A stretch of 64,000 nucleotides of DNA from the NCBI GenBank assembly GCA_020137815.1, contig CM035353.1:6510001-6574000 (forward strand), in the 5' to 3' direction. Position numbers and translations under genes: made by a program. The stretch comes from Hormiphora californensis (lineage: Eukaryota > Animalia > Ctenophora). Of the stretch, positions 11,005 through 23,461 are shown piece after piece. Below the pieces are notes generated by a model, which was not told the DNA's origin, did no database searches, and saw only the letters and a program-made list of their open reading frames with translations. Within the stretch, counting starts at the first letter, position 1; every line of letters starts with the position of its first letter.

Positions 11005-12190
11005 GGGGGGGGGGGGACATGTTAATTTTGTTAACTTTGTTAATATTAACATCGAGAAAACAGGTGATTTATTAACAAAATTAACAAAAAGTTAACAAGT
11101 GTTAACAAATGCCATTTATGCCATCTAAATCCCCTTTAGCACGTATTTTTAGTATTTAACACTTGTTCTGCGAGCAAAGTTGTTCATTCTGTACGATTTA
11201 CATACCCCTACTACCTCTACTACGGCTTTTCTACAGCGATTTATTCCCAGTGGCTTTTTAGAAAAATCTCGCTGCGAATCGCATGTCACAGAACCTGATT
11301 AGATCCCATTCCGCTGTCGCTGCTGCTGTGGCAGCAGTCGTTCTGCTCTCGTTCTTCTCCCATTCCGCTGTAATTCCGCTGGCGCGGCGGGAATAACTGC
11401 TAACAATTGGGATCTCTAATCGAAATCCGCGCCCGTTTCTAGCAATTGTGGCTCTCTAAACATGTAACGATCACATAAGAGCACTAATGAGGTGTGAGAG
11501 CAGCATTAGCAAGCAAAACAGGGATTTTTCTCCTTATTTTTCTGCTGTCAGTCAAATTTCTCGCTGCGAATGGGATTCGCCCATTCGCTATAAAAAGCCA
11601 CTGGGGATTTATTCCATTTTGTAAATGTTAATAAATACTAGCCAAACTAAACCGCAATTGAAGTCAAATGACCCTAATCCACATTTTCGCACCCTAAAAA
11701 CTAAATAAGACTCACGAATTTACCTTAAAACGAAAAATATCCCAAAAATCAATTTTTCTAAAAAAACACAAGGATTTGTAGCGAAGCAAATTTTCAATCC
11801 TTGACCAAAAAATTGATTTTGGGAAAATTTTATTTCTTTTTTCAATAGAAACGGTGTATATCATCTTATTAAGTCCAAAGAATCGATTACCAATTTAAAA
11901 ATTACGTTTAAGTGAGATTTTATACGCTAAATTGAAATATTTGTAACTTTTGGAAATTTATCGATTTTGAGCCAAAAAACCTGTATGTCGGACTTTGGTT
12001 ATCGGAAAAGGCCTTGTTTGGGTATATATGTGTTAGATAATTCATTAAACTATAAAATTAAACCAGTTAAAGTCGTATTATCAACCAATAAGAACAGTCT
12101 TTTAGCATTTGTTAATTTTGTTAATTAACGTTAATTAACAAAATCGAAAAAAAGAGGTGATTTATTAACAATTAACATGTCCCCCCCCCC
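11005..12190. mobile_element. Non-autonomous element with poly-G/poly-C termini and 8-9-bp TSD, related to the 1215-6136 element
   Basis: G12-ACATGTTAATT ... AATTAACATGT-C10; TSD TACTAACC at 10997-11004 and 12191-12198; TTAACAAAA subterminal repeats. Confidence 0.9.
11246..11605. mobile_element. MITE with CCCAGTGGCTTTTTA TIRs and 8-bp TSD
   Basis: TIRs CCCAGTGGCTTTTTA / TAAAAAGCCACTGGG; TSD GATTTATT at 11238-11245 and 11606-11613. Confidence 0.9.
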
Positions 12191-13036
12191 TACTAACCAC
12201 TTATTATAGTTTGTAACACCAACATCTCACACAGGAGTATTGAGTCACGGTTCTCAAGGAGTTAGGGGCGAGACAAACCTCATTGGGGGTGTTGGGAACC
12301 GACTCCACAAGACACATTGCCTAACGAACAAACATAAAGTGGTAATGAAGAAGCTTGAATCATCCGAGAAGATGACGAGATCTTTGGGGGTAACACTCTG
12401 CCACAAGGATGTGCTATGCGGGGCGTCCCACAGGTATGTAATCAACAATCAACCGACTGTCACGGAGTGCGTTTATACAATATACGGGTGGCTTGCCAAG
12501 GACTTTCCCATTTTAGGCCCGGGCACTTGCCAGTGCTATGATATATATTATGTGGAGTAAGGGCACGCCTCACCTGTTATTTTCCAGCCCTATATATTTC
12601 ACTCATTTTCTTCGAATTTTCTCTGTTGTATACAATATAATCTCCTCTTTGTACCTCAAAGGCAAAAGTATGCCAAGAGAACGAGGTTGTTGCTGAAACA
12701 ATTGGCCAGCTAGCCAAAAAAAAGCTGCTAGAGAAGGTAGCACGGCGGAATTTGTGATCCGGGAGGCCTTTCCCGAGATCGGGAAGATTGTAAGAAATGG
12801 TTTCGAGGAAATGGAGAAGGTTTGTTGAATATTGCTCATAGCAGCTTTCATAAATTACTAAACGCTACTAACTACTAAGTACTAACTACTTATTATTGTT
12901 TGTAACACCCACATTTCACACAGGAGTATTGATTCACGGTTCAATGAGTTAGGGGGGAGACAAACCTCATGTGGGGATGTTGGGAACCGTAAGCATATCA
13001 CGGAATGCGTGGACACGATGTACGGGTGGTTTGTCA

Positions 13037-13285
13037 AGGACATTTCTCTCGCAGGAAACGGCTGGTATTTGGCGTGAGAACGGTGACTGACAACCTGGAG
13101 GTCCCATTTTGTAATATGTTTCTGGGCGCCCCACCAGTCTTGGCGGGCCAGAACACAGGGACAAAACTGGCGAAGATTGTGCGGGATAGAAATGCAGACC
13201 GAGGAAGTAACAACAAGAACAATCTAACAAAACATACGTGGACATGTTGTAATGTCTTGGAGTTCAGGGAACTTGCACTGGATGC
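13037..13285 (+). pseudogene. hAT-like transposase core fragment (second copy at 15978-16222)
   Basis: FLGAPPVLAGQNTGTKLAKIVRD and HTWTCCNVLE...LALD resemble the hAT FLG...TG..LA..I and CxxH-LELA regions; duplicated at high identity. Confidence 0.4.
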
Positions 13286-14255
13286 TCGACGATATGCCTG
13301 CCATTGTTCCTCCCTCACGGAAAATTGTAGTGTTGAAAACTATTTACTATACTTAAATACATACTTTAATTTGGTACTATATACTTCGGTACATAAAATC
13401 TTCTATTTAGATTTATTGAGAACAATGCTCCAATTCAAGTAAATATCGTATACTCCCATGTCGAGTACGTTGATTAAATATCATTAAATACTTAAATTTA
13501 TCGAGCGAAATGCTCAATTTCAAGTAGGATGTAATTGGCCTACTCAACCGTGTGACTCTTACTAGCTGCATGGTGGGGGATAAAACATGGCGACGAGTAT
13601 GACAAAAAATGCACATCGAACCTTGGGCGGGTACACCTAAATCACTCTTGTAGTGGATTGAACGGTTAGAACTCACGTTGGGGTAAGGAGGCTGTTTAAA
13701 AGAATATCTTCCAGTGGAAATTTCGGGTCGGACGAGGGGAAGCTTGCCTTTTGCGAACATTAACATATAATATCTATAATATTCTATCATTATATTCTAG
13801 TATCTTATGAAGATACAGTCAGATACAGTCTATTAACTAGGCAGCTCATGATGAATTAGGATGGAGGAGAAACGAATGACCGATTGATGTGATAATTCGA
13901 CACAAGAAAATGGTTTACAAATGGTTCACAAATTCCAAACCATCGGTAGGCGGGATGGAATCGCGCATTGGGCAATGATGAGAAGATCAGTGGACGCCTC
14001 TGACTGACAGAAACGGCAGCTAAATCAGTGGTGGGTATATCTTCGAATGTATAGTTGTAATATTAAAACAAATTTTAAAACTGCATTGGACCATATGAAA
14101 TATATCAGGTATGACCAGGAGATACGAGACTTTTAAATAGTCGATAAACAGGCTGGGGGTAGTGGGCACCATCAGTATTGTATTATAAGCATATAATATA
14201 GGGGTATATGGAATTGAATTCACCTTGAATGAATTACATTGCTCTCAAAACTTAA

Positions 14256-15086
14256 AGTGAGAGAGAACAGCCCCGATTTTGATGAAACTTGGTCAGAATA
14301 GTGTTTGGTGTCTAATAAGAAGTCAAAAAAATTTTTAGCGCTCAAATCCTAAATTTAGGATTTTTAGGTTTTTTAGGTTTTTGGGCTTTTATGGGTTTCA
14401 GGAACGTTCTAGAACAAAATGAATAAAAACATCTTTCTCGGCGTTAAATTCTGCATTGATTATAGTGGTTATAAACCTTTCTATGACGTAAGGTTCAGAA
14501 GTTATCGCGAAAAAGCCCAAACGGGTACATGTGTTAGGGGCGGGTTCATGTTTTAGGCTAACCGGCGAACCTCTTGTCAGAACACCATGTTATAGGGTGT
14601 CAATCGACGCGTATTGATAAGGAGATCATTTTAGTGAAAATTATTTTGATCTGCGATGTCTGTGTAACGAATAAAACCTAAAAAACCTTACCACATGTTT
14701 TAACCAAACGGGTATGCTTCATTCAGTAAGGTTTTTTAGGTTTCATTTTTAGGTTTTAGGTGTTCTGACAAGAGGTTCGCCGGTTAGCCTAAAACATGAA
14801 CCCGCCCCTAACACATGTACCCGTTTGGGCTTTTTCGCGATAACTTCTGAACCTTACGTCATAGAAAGGTTTATAACCACTATAATCGATGCAGAATTTA
14901 ATGCCGAGAAAGATGGTATTATTCATTTTGTTCTAGAACGTTCCTGAAACCCATAAAAGCCCAAAAACCTAAAAAACCTAAAAATCCTAAATTTAGGATT
15001 TGAGCGCTAAAAATTTTTTTGACTAATTAGACACCAAACGCTATTCTGACCAAGTTTCATCAAAATCGGGGCTGTTCTCTCTCACT
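14256..15086. mobile_element. TTAA-flanked MITE with about 330-bp TIRs, Kolobok-like
   Basis: TTAA|AGTGAGAGAGAACAGCCCC ... GGGGCTGTTCTCTCTCACT|TTAA; arms 14256-14586 and 14759-15086; paralogous empty site CTCTCAAAACTAAAGTCAAGGAACA at about 16404-16428. Confidence 0.88.
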
Positions 15087-15977
15087 TTAAGTCAAGGAAC
15101 ACTGCCCAGTTTTGTCCTACACTGACTGTACAGTGTACAGTGTACACCGCGCAACCGAGGTGCACGACGAGTAAGCAGGACGAGGATAAACTGTGGAGCA
15201 ATGTGGAGACACTGGTTGCCAGGACCCTTGCCAACAAAGTGCCAGCTTTTGAAGAATGCAAAAATCATTGGCGTGGAAGCAGGTACAGAACAGGGATGCT
15301 ATAATAGCGAAACAGGAGAGGAAGATTCTTCGATATTCAGGGTAATGGAGTTCATTAAAAGTTGTATAGCTAAGGGGCTACTGGATCAACTTGGCCCGTT
15401 TCATGTAGTAATAATTTGAGGCATCCTGCATATTTTGCACAAATTGAAAGGACATTTTATCAAGTTTACTCGATGCTTTCATTTAAAACTGACGTCAGTT
15501 TTAAATTTTTACAACTTTATTTGATAATAAATTAATTATACCGAGTTTTAATGTACTGTCCTGAGGCTAGTTACAAGCGTCAGATTACTTCATCGAGACA
15601 TGTTTGTAGAAGAAGAAGATGACCTGTTAGGCAGAGCACCAGCCCCAGACCCCTCCAAACAAGAGGAACAGGCGAAAAAGGGACAACGGACAGGGATATG
15701 AAAGAGGCGAAGAGAAGGGTGGAAGATGCGAACTCCCTGCGAACTTCAAGAGGAACCAGGCCCTGAGGGACAGGACGGAGGAAGCTCCCGCTATTCTATG
15801 TTGGTATTTTCCACTGTACTTTCAGGAGTTAAAGGAACTGAAAAATAACAGAATACTAATGGTCTTTGATGAAGTACATTCACTTCTGGAATGGGCTGTT
15901 TTATTTTTTATTTCCAACTTCTTTATATTCAATATTCATTTTATTCAAATTAAGTTACTAATTATTTAGATATTATA

Positions 15978-16390
15978 GGACATTTCTCTCGCAGGAAACG
16001 GCTGGTATTTGGCGAGAGAACGGTGACTGAAAACCTGGAGGTCCCATTTTGTAATCTGTTTCTGGGCGTCTCACCAGTCCTGGCGGGCCAGAACACAGGG
16101 ACAAAACTGGCGAAGATTGTGCGGGATAGAAATGCAGACCGAGGAAGTAACAACAAGAACAATCTTACAAAACATACGTGGACATGTTGTAATGTCCTGG
16201 AGTTCAGAGTTGCACTGGATGTGTTGAAAACTATGTATTTCAAAATCAACACAGTCTAATTTACTATATTTAAATACTATATGTACTTAATTTGGTACTA
16301 TATACTTCGGTACATAAAATCTTCTATTTAGATTTATTGAGAACAATGCTCAAATTCAAGCAATTATAGTATACTCCTAGGTCGAGTACA
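15978..16390 (+). repeat. Direct duplicate of 13037-13470
   Basis: Near-identical sequence and peptide (NLEVPFCN...KHTWTCCNVLEFR). Confidence 0.9.
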
Positions 16391-16744
16391 TTGAATTGCA
16401 ATGCTCTCAAAACTAAAGTCAAGGAACATCGCCCAGTTATAATTATTATTTATGTCATTATATACTGAGTTAATAAGTTGCTTTATTAGTCCCCTTTCCA
16501 GCAGTGATGACCTGTATCAAGGAATGCATTGGCCTTAATGCCTCGACCCACGCCTCGGATCAGGCTGGACCGACCACCAGGAGATCCAGGATAAGGACCA
16601 ACCCACACGAGCAGCATCTGCCTATGGTGTCTCTGAGAAATGACCACTCCGCCTTCCTGATGAAACTTGGAACGGAGATGGATAGGTTCGATCTTGAGAA
16701 GTGGGGGTATGCAATGCAGTTGTCACAAACAGGTGAAACAACGT

Positions 16745-16830
16745 ATGGGTAAAAGCCAACCCAATACAAACTGTTGCCATTTGTGTCGATGGGTAAAAGC
16801 CAACCCAATACAAACTGTTGCCATTTGTGT
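16745..16830 (+). repeat. 42-bp direct repeat, two copies
   Basis: ATGGGTAAAAGCCAACCCAATACAAACTGTTGCCATTTGTGT twice. Confidence 0.9.
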
Positions 16831-17416
16831 TGATCTTATCGAATGCTCCAACGTGATTGAGACCGGAAGGGCGGCAGGATGGGGTATGGCAGACTTTGGG
16901 CCATGCCCCTGTGAGCATCCAGTGCAGCTCTACCTGACATTTGTTGCATGTGGACATATTGTCATTGCGCGGAGCTGCACTCAACAATATCCCAGACAAA
17001 GTGCGAGATATTCCAGGACAATGAGGAGAGTATTGAGTAAAGGGGGTGATATGGGCACGTTCGATCAGTGGATGAGGCGAAATTATATTTTGTTTATTTG
17101 TGGTTTTTTTTGCCTGTTGTTTGCTTGCCTGTATAATTATATTTTTTTGTTTCCCCATAGTTAAGGGAAAGTACAAGAGATGGCTGGCCAGGCTCGACCA
17201 GGATGAACCAGCTGCAGTTGTATGTGCAAACCAAAATGTAGCCGAAAATTCGGTGTAATGTTGCATCCAGTGCAGTACCCAGAGAAAGAACTCCGTGTTT
17301 TTGAGAGTCGAGACCGATTCTGGTACATATGTATCTTTTAAGCTCTACCTCCGGTCGAGATTGCGACCACGGTGTCGTGTTTTGGCGGTGATACGAGAGA
17401 CGTCGAAGGATGAGGG

Positions 17417-18825
17417 AGTGGTGGATATATCTTGGAATGTATAGTTGTAATATTAAATCAAATTTTAAAACTACATTGGACCATATGACATATGTCAGGT
17501 ATGACCAGGAGATAAGAGACTTTTAAATAGTCGATAAACAGGCTGGGGGTAGTGGACACCATCAGTATTGTTTAAGCATATAATATCTATTATTATGTAT
17601 TCTGGTTTAACTCTTCATCCCCCCCCCCTTTTGTCCCACTACACCCCATGCTACATCCGTTTCGATTCTGATATAATTTTGTTTCACCTTACCCCGACTT
17701 CGTCATACCCCCACAAACCTACCAATATGTTTCCAAAAATTTATAGAGAGTATTGGAAAGTATAATGCTAGATCTCAGCGCCAAGGAGGATGCCGTGTGT
17801 TGAATGAATTGAATTCCACTTGAATGAATTGCAATGATCTCAAAACAAAAGTCAATGAACATTGCCCAGTTGGGGGTTATAATTATTAATCATGTCATAT
17901 TTAAGTTTATGAGTCTAACGAGTCACACCATACCAACGACCCTCTCCACCCCTCAGCTCCCGAGATCAGACTACATCAATGGAAACAAGCAATAGAAAAA
18001 AGCAGTTTAAATCTCTGTGTAGAAACTGAACGGTTTTTTGTTGTTTAACTAGCCGGGAGTTGTTTTTAACTATTGTAAGAATGTAAGAAACCTGGAAGTA
18101 AAAAAAAGTTTCCATGTGGAGGGGCGATTTCGAAGTTGGAGAGGCAGTTGGACAGTTTCTTTGATTGAAAACATGCAAGTATTCCAAGAAATTCCTGAGT
18201 TTTTCTACACATTGGGCAGTGATGAGAAGATCAGTGGACGCCTCTGACTGACAGAAACGGCAGCTAAATCAGTGGTGGGTATATCTTGGAATGTATAGTT
18301 GTAATATTAAAACAGGATGTAAAACTGCATTGGACCATATGACATAAATGTCAGGTATGACCAGGAGATAAGAGACTTTTAAATAGTCGATAAAGAGGCT
18401 GGGGGTAGTGGACACCATCAGTATTGTATAAGCATATAATATCTATTATTATTTATTCTGGTTTAACTCTTCATCCCCCCCCCTTTTGTCCCACTACACC
18501 CCATGCTACATCCGTTTCGATTCTGATATAATTTTGTTTCCCCTTACCCCGACTTCGTCATACCCCCACAAACCTACCAATATGTTTCCAAAAATTTATA
18601 GAGAGTATTGGAAAGTATAATGCTAGATCTCAGCGCCAAGGAGGATACCGTGTGTTGAATGAATTGAATTCCACTTGAATGAATTGCAATGATCTCAAAA
18701 CAAAAGTCAATGAACATTGCCCAGTTGGGGGTTATAATTATTAATCATGTCATATTTAAGTTTATGAGTCTAACGAGTCATACCATATCAACGACCCTCT
18801 CCACCCCTCAGCTCCCGAGATCAGA
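17417..18825 (+). repeat. About 550-bp direct duplication (17417-17970 and 18271-18825); partial third copy 13967-14200
   Basis: Near-identical blocks by direct comparison. Confidence 0.9.
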
Positions 18826-20480
18826 GTCAGACCAGTATTCCCTATACCCCCGATCCCATTATCATTTCCTCCTCAGCTTCGGAAATTTCCTTAGCGACGG
18901 AAATTACTACAATTGGAGGTGCCCCGATCCATCTCCGAGGAGCGTTGTTGACAGCGGAGTCCTAGCAACTGGAGCTGAACCTGGTCACAGGTAATCACAG
19001 GTAATCACAGGTAAAAACCTCCATTTGCTCAGACCCCCAGTTTCCAGTTGATATATTGAGTTAATAAGTTGCTTTCTTAGTCCCCTTTCCAGCAGTGATG
19101 ACCTGTATCGAGGAATACTTTAATGTACTGGCCTCAACGCCTCGGATCAGGCTGGACCGACCACCAGGAGATCCAGGATAAGGACCTACCCCAACGAGCA
19201 GCACCTGACTATGGTGTCTCTGAGAAACAACCACTCGGCATTCCTGATGAAACTTGGAACGGAGATGGATAGGTTCTGATTTGACCATGAGAAGTGGGGG
19301 TATGAGCAGGGGAGCAATAAGGACACTTTGTTGGGGTCAGCGGAACTGCTGGGGCACTTGATGATTTGGCCCTTTGAGAAGTACCCGGACTATTTTAGCC
19401 AGCACTCCCTCATTGGGTCAAGAGAGACTGCCCCATCATTCAGCCTACCCACGTTGAAATAGCTGACTGAGTTCACCCTGAATGAGTCTGACATCACCAG
19501 ACTCGAGGGCCTACTCGCAGCGACTAAGGCAAAGTCCTTCGAGGAAGCCCTCCTCAATATGTTCCAGGCCCCTGGAATTGTTCCGGTGGCTGTGAGCCAG
19601 GTTGCGACCACTCGACTGTGTGTGGAAGGGTCTGAAGTAATCTGATGGACCGACTGATTGACATACCAACTGGAGATCCCGCATCAATGATCGACATCAT
19701 TATGGAGACTCTCCATCCGAGCACTCATTATGACATACACAGGCGGTGTATGGAATTGAATTCCACTTGAATGAATTACAATGATCTCAGAACAACAGTT
19801 AAAAAACATTGCACAGTTATAATAAACATTTCATATTGTTAATAAGTTGCTTTTCCAGTAATAATTTCATAGGGGACAGAACGAAGAGAAGGTGTTCAAA
19901 ACCTCCAAACTAAAGAAGGGGGTTAAACACCGGGTCACAGGGAATTATAACCCTCCAGCACCTACCCCTATTCAACCCCCCACTAGTAACCTCCCTACCA
20001 CTCGAGAAAGAGGGGAATTAGGAATGTATGACGGCCGCCTCAGAGATCGGACGGTAGCCAGTGTAGAGCTCAGGGAGTCGGCGAGTTTAGAGGAGTTCCT
20101 CCTTTTCATTTTCCTAATCATTTTCATAATAGTGGTGGGATTTGAGTATATAAAGATTCAAATAGTTTCTAGATACATATTATTATATGTGTTGGTAATC
20201 GAGGATCGACCTCTATTCTCTCTCTCTCACTCTCTCCACCCACTTTTGTAAACCCCCTACCTCTTTCCCACCCCTTCCCCGTCTAACACCTTGTCATCAC
20301 AGGGCTGAATCCGGGGTGAACAGGAACACACACGTTATGGCATGCGGAGCACTTAGGTGGGCAGCCATGCGACGCCCCCGCATGCAAGAAGATAATGGAG
20401 CGGAGGATGAATGGGGAACTACCCCGGGTCTTTCACGGGGCCCCATGTTATTTTGGTGATGCGGTCCCACCTACACTGTA

Positions 20481-20745
20481 CTAGGGCCGCGCGAAGCGCG
20501 GCAAACGAAGCCGGCGAAGGGGATGTCATCACCAACGTGCCTGCCGGCACCTAAATATTTCTATATCTCCCCACACTGAATTTTCTGTTTTGGGGGTGGT
20601 GTCATAACTTGCGACCGGAATGAGCTACCTACAGTAGAGGTCTATGTGGAGATTCTTATTGCCAAATTTCAGCCTCCTAGCTCATCTGGTTCCGGAGTTA
20701 GGATTGGTGATGACGTCCCTTCACAGGCTTCGTAACTATATTAAT
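20481..20745 (-). mobile_element. Non-autonomous Helitron/Helentron-like element
   Basis: Minus strand ends in hairpin GCCGCGC-TTC-GCGCGGC then CCTAG|T; internal inverted pair GAAGGGGATGTCATCACCAA (20516-20535) / TTGGTGATGACGTCCCTTC (20704-20722); 5' end not sharply defined. Confidence 0.6.
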
Positions 20746-20859
20746 ACTCATTTCAGATGGGAGCACGAATAAGTTAGCAAAACTTGCAAAGTGGAGAAAA
20801 TGAGAAAGTCCCTCATACCGGCAATTATTATTGTTTTTCAATTTCATCTTTAACTTATT

Positions 20860-21418
20860 GGGGGGGGGGGGGGTCCAGCCCTAAAAAAAGCTAAGCTAAC
20901 GGCCAAAATCAGGGTACCTTTAGCTTTTTTTAGCTTTTTTAGCTTTTTTAGCTTTTTTTAGCTTTATTTAGCTTTTTTTAGCTTTTTTAAGGCTAAAAAA
21001 AGCTAAAAAAAGCTAAAAAAACCTGAAAAACGAAAAATTGAGTTCATTAATGAACTTTCAACTTTTATGATTTGAAACTTCGGATTCCTCGAATGAGTAC
21101 CCATGCAGACATTGTGTCAAAATATCAGAGTGATTGAAATTAAACTTCTGGGTGAAAAGAAGGCCAACGTACCCTCCCTTTAATTTGGGCCACGCGGTAT
21201 AGGTTCGAATCCCGCTGACGCCAAATTTTTTCAGTCAATACAATAGACGTCCGGAAGGATGAAAATTTAATGGAAAAGTGTCAAGATGAATGCTGAAAAA
21301 ACATAAAAAGTAGGGCTAAAAAAAGCTAAAAAAGCTAAAAAAAAGCTAAAAAAGCTAAAATAAAAAACGCTATCGACCAAAATCAGGGTACCTTTTTTTA
21401 GGGCTGGACCCCCCCCCC
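20860..21418. mobile_element. MITE with poly-G/poly-C termini
   Basis: G14-TCCAGCCCTAAAAAAAG ... CTTTTTTTAGGGCTGGA-C10/11; TTTTTTAGC subterminal repeats; only 6 bp (CTTATT) of TSD recognisable; internal B box GGTTCGAATCCC at 21202. Confidence 0.82.
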
Positions 21419-22628
21419 CTTATTTCATTAAATTCAGTCTATAATAATATTTATGAAAACACGACTACCAGATGAGAAGGAATTATAACATAATAGGGGA
21501 TGTCATCACCAACATGTTACTGGTCGAAGGACGACGGGGAATCAACCCAAAACCCGCAAAACCCTCCACAGAACCCTCCGCAGAAGCATGCAGAGGAAGA
21601 AGTTGAGATTGGGGGAATCAGCGGCATGGTCAGCCGATCTTGGTACGCCAAATAATAAATCTTTCGTCTTTGCAAATAATATATTGCTTCATTCGTTTTT
21701 GCTTTGTACATCTTCTTTTTCAATTTATTATTTACTAACACCAATCATCTTACTATCTTTAACATTTTCATTTCATCTTGTAATGACACATCTCTCACCT
21801 TGGAGCCACTGCCAAAGGATAGTGCAACAATGGAATCTCTTCTTTTTGTTTCACCTCTCCATGCTATTATGCGTGTTTTCTCATGGGTGCTATTGCTGAT
21901 GTACCATCTGATGAGTGATACATACAAATGGTCAGAGTCAAAGACTGTGCTTGGACGATCTTACCAGTTCTATGCAGCAGCTAAGGTGAGAGCTAATGTA
22001 ATGACACACATCTCTTTCTCTCTTGTTTTAATAATTTCATTATGTTATGGTGAGTTTGAAGGGAAGGAGACATATCTCTTGCTGGTGGTGTATTTAGTAT
22101 TTAGTTCGTTTGTATGTGTGGATTAGGTGGGTATATTTTGTACATGTCCTAGTTGCTGCCCCGAGATCCACTTCTGAGTAGTAGTCCTAACTGTGTGATC
22201 CTTCTCTCTCTGTATTTCTCCCCCTTTTCTCTGTCTCAGGAATTTGCAACTACGCGAGACGAGATAAGGAGAGATTATGAGAGAAGTATTAGGGAGAGAG
22301 AGAGAGAGTATAGCTGGTTATACTAGTGCGAGAGAGAGGTGAGATTGCTATGTAAACACCAACACTGGACAATTTTGACTTCAACCTTTGATATATCATT
22401 AGAGATGAGAGACTATTTTTATATTAATTATTAGTTTTTTAGTGTGTAGGCGTTTGATTAAGTTATTTTTCTGCACAACCCACACAGGGACCATATGATG
22501 ACTTGATTCACACCTCACCGTGTCTAGTGGCTGCTCTGCACCGTTTCACCCCTGAGGTCCCTAGTGGGTCGTGTTATTTAATATGATTGCTATGTAAATA
22601 TTTATTCACACTGGCGAGTTAGAAAGTC

Positions 22629-23461
22629 GGGGGGGGGGCCGGCTGAAGTTTTTGAAGTTTTTGAAGTCAACTTCAAAAACTTCAAAGCGAAACTTAGGGT
22701 GGAAAACTTCAAAAACTTCAAAAACTTCAAAAACTCATATCTCCTAAACCGTTGGAGATAGGCCCTATGTTGCTTCATAACTCTTATATAAACTTGCATA
22801 TTCCGAACAAGATGCACCCCTTTAAAAAGCCTATAGTCACTCATAAACCATTAAAACTGGTCTAGCCCAAAAAAAGTCATGCGCACACACAAAATTATGA
22901 AAATATCCCATTATCCCTCGAATTAGATGAGGTGGAGACTTCATTTTGGCACGTACCCCCACTAACTCGAGGCCGCTGATGATTTTGGTGTCCATATTTT
23001 TTTCACTACTCCCTTCATAAAAAATTTGCATTTTGTGAGACTGGCAAAAAGGGTGTGGCCCCAAAAAAATTTTTTGAAAATTTACTTCATAACTTTTAAA
23101 CACTTTCTTAGCATTTTCTAGGCAATTTTTTGAGTTATAGAATGAAAATAAAATCTGTTTTTACAAAAAATTTAAATTTTTTACACCAAATTGTGCCATG
23201 GATTTCATGGCTAGGAATCATTGTAAATATCCTAATTTGTGGTAGAAAAAGGGAAGACAAGGACGGATAACTTTGCCACAATATGTATTAAGCATGAAAC
23301 TAACCTAAACAAGTGTAATAATAGTCACTGATAGCATATAAAAGTAGTTTAGAGTTTTTGAAGTTTTTGAAGTTTTTGAAGTCAACTTCAAAAACTTCAA
23401 AAACTCAAAAAGTAGGGTGGAAAACTTCAAACTTCAAAAACTTCAGCCGGCCCCCCCCCCC
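22629..23461. mobile_element. MITE with poly-G/poly-C termini and 8-bp TSD
   Basis: G10-CCGGCTGAAGTTTTTGAAG ... CTTCAAAAACTTCAGCCGG-C11; TSD AGAAAGTC at 22621-22628 and 23462-23469. Confidence 0.92.

Noticed and set aside
7289-15090. piggyBac assignment for the two TTAA-flanked MITEs
   Set aside because: Termini are AGG and AGT, not CCY; Kolobok fits better.
15405-15425. Spliced-leader RNA exon (TAATTTGAG)
   Set aside because: Only a short match to a remembered ctenophore leader end, not followed by a GT donor or Sm site.
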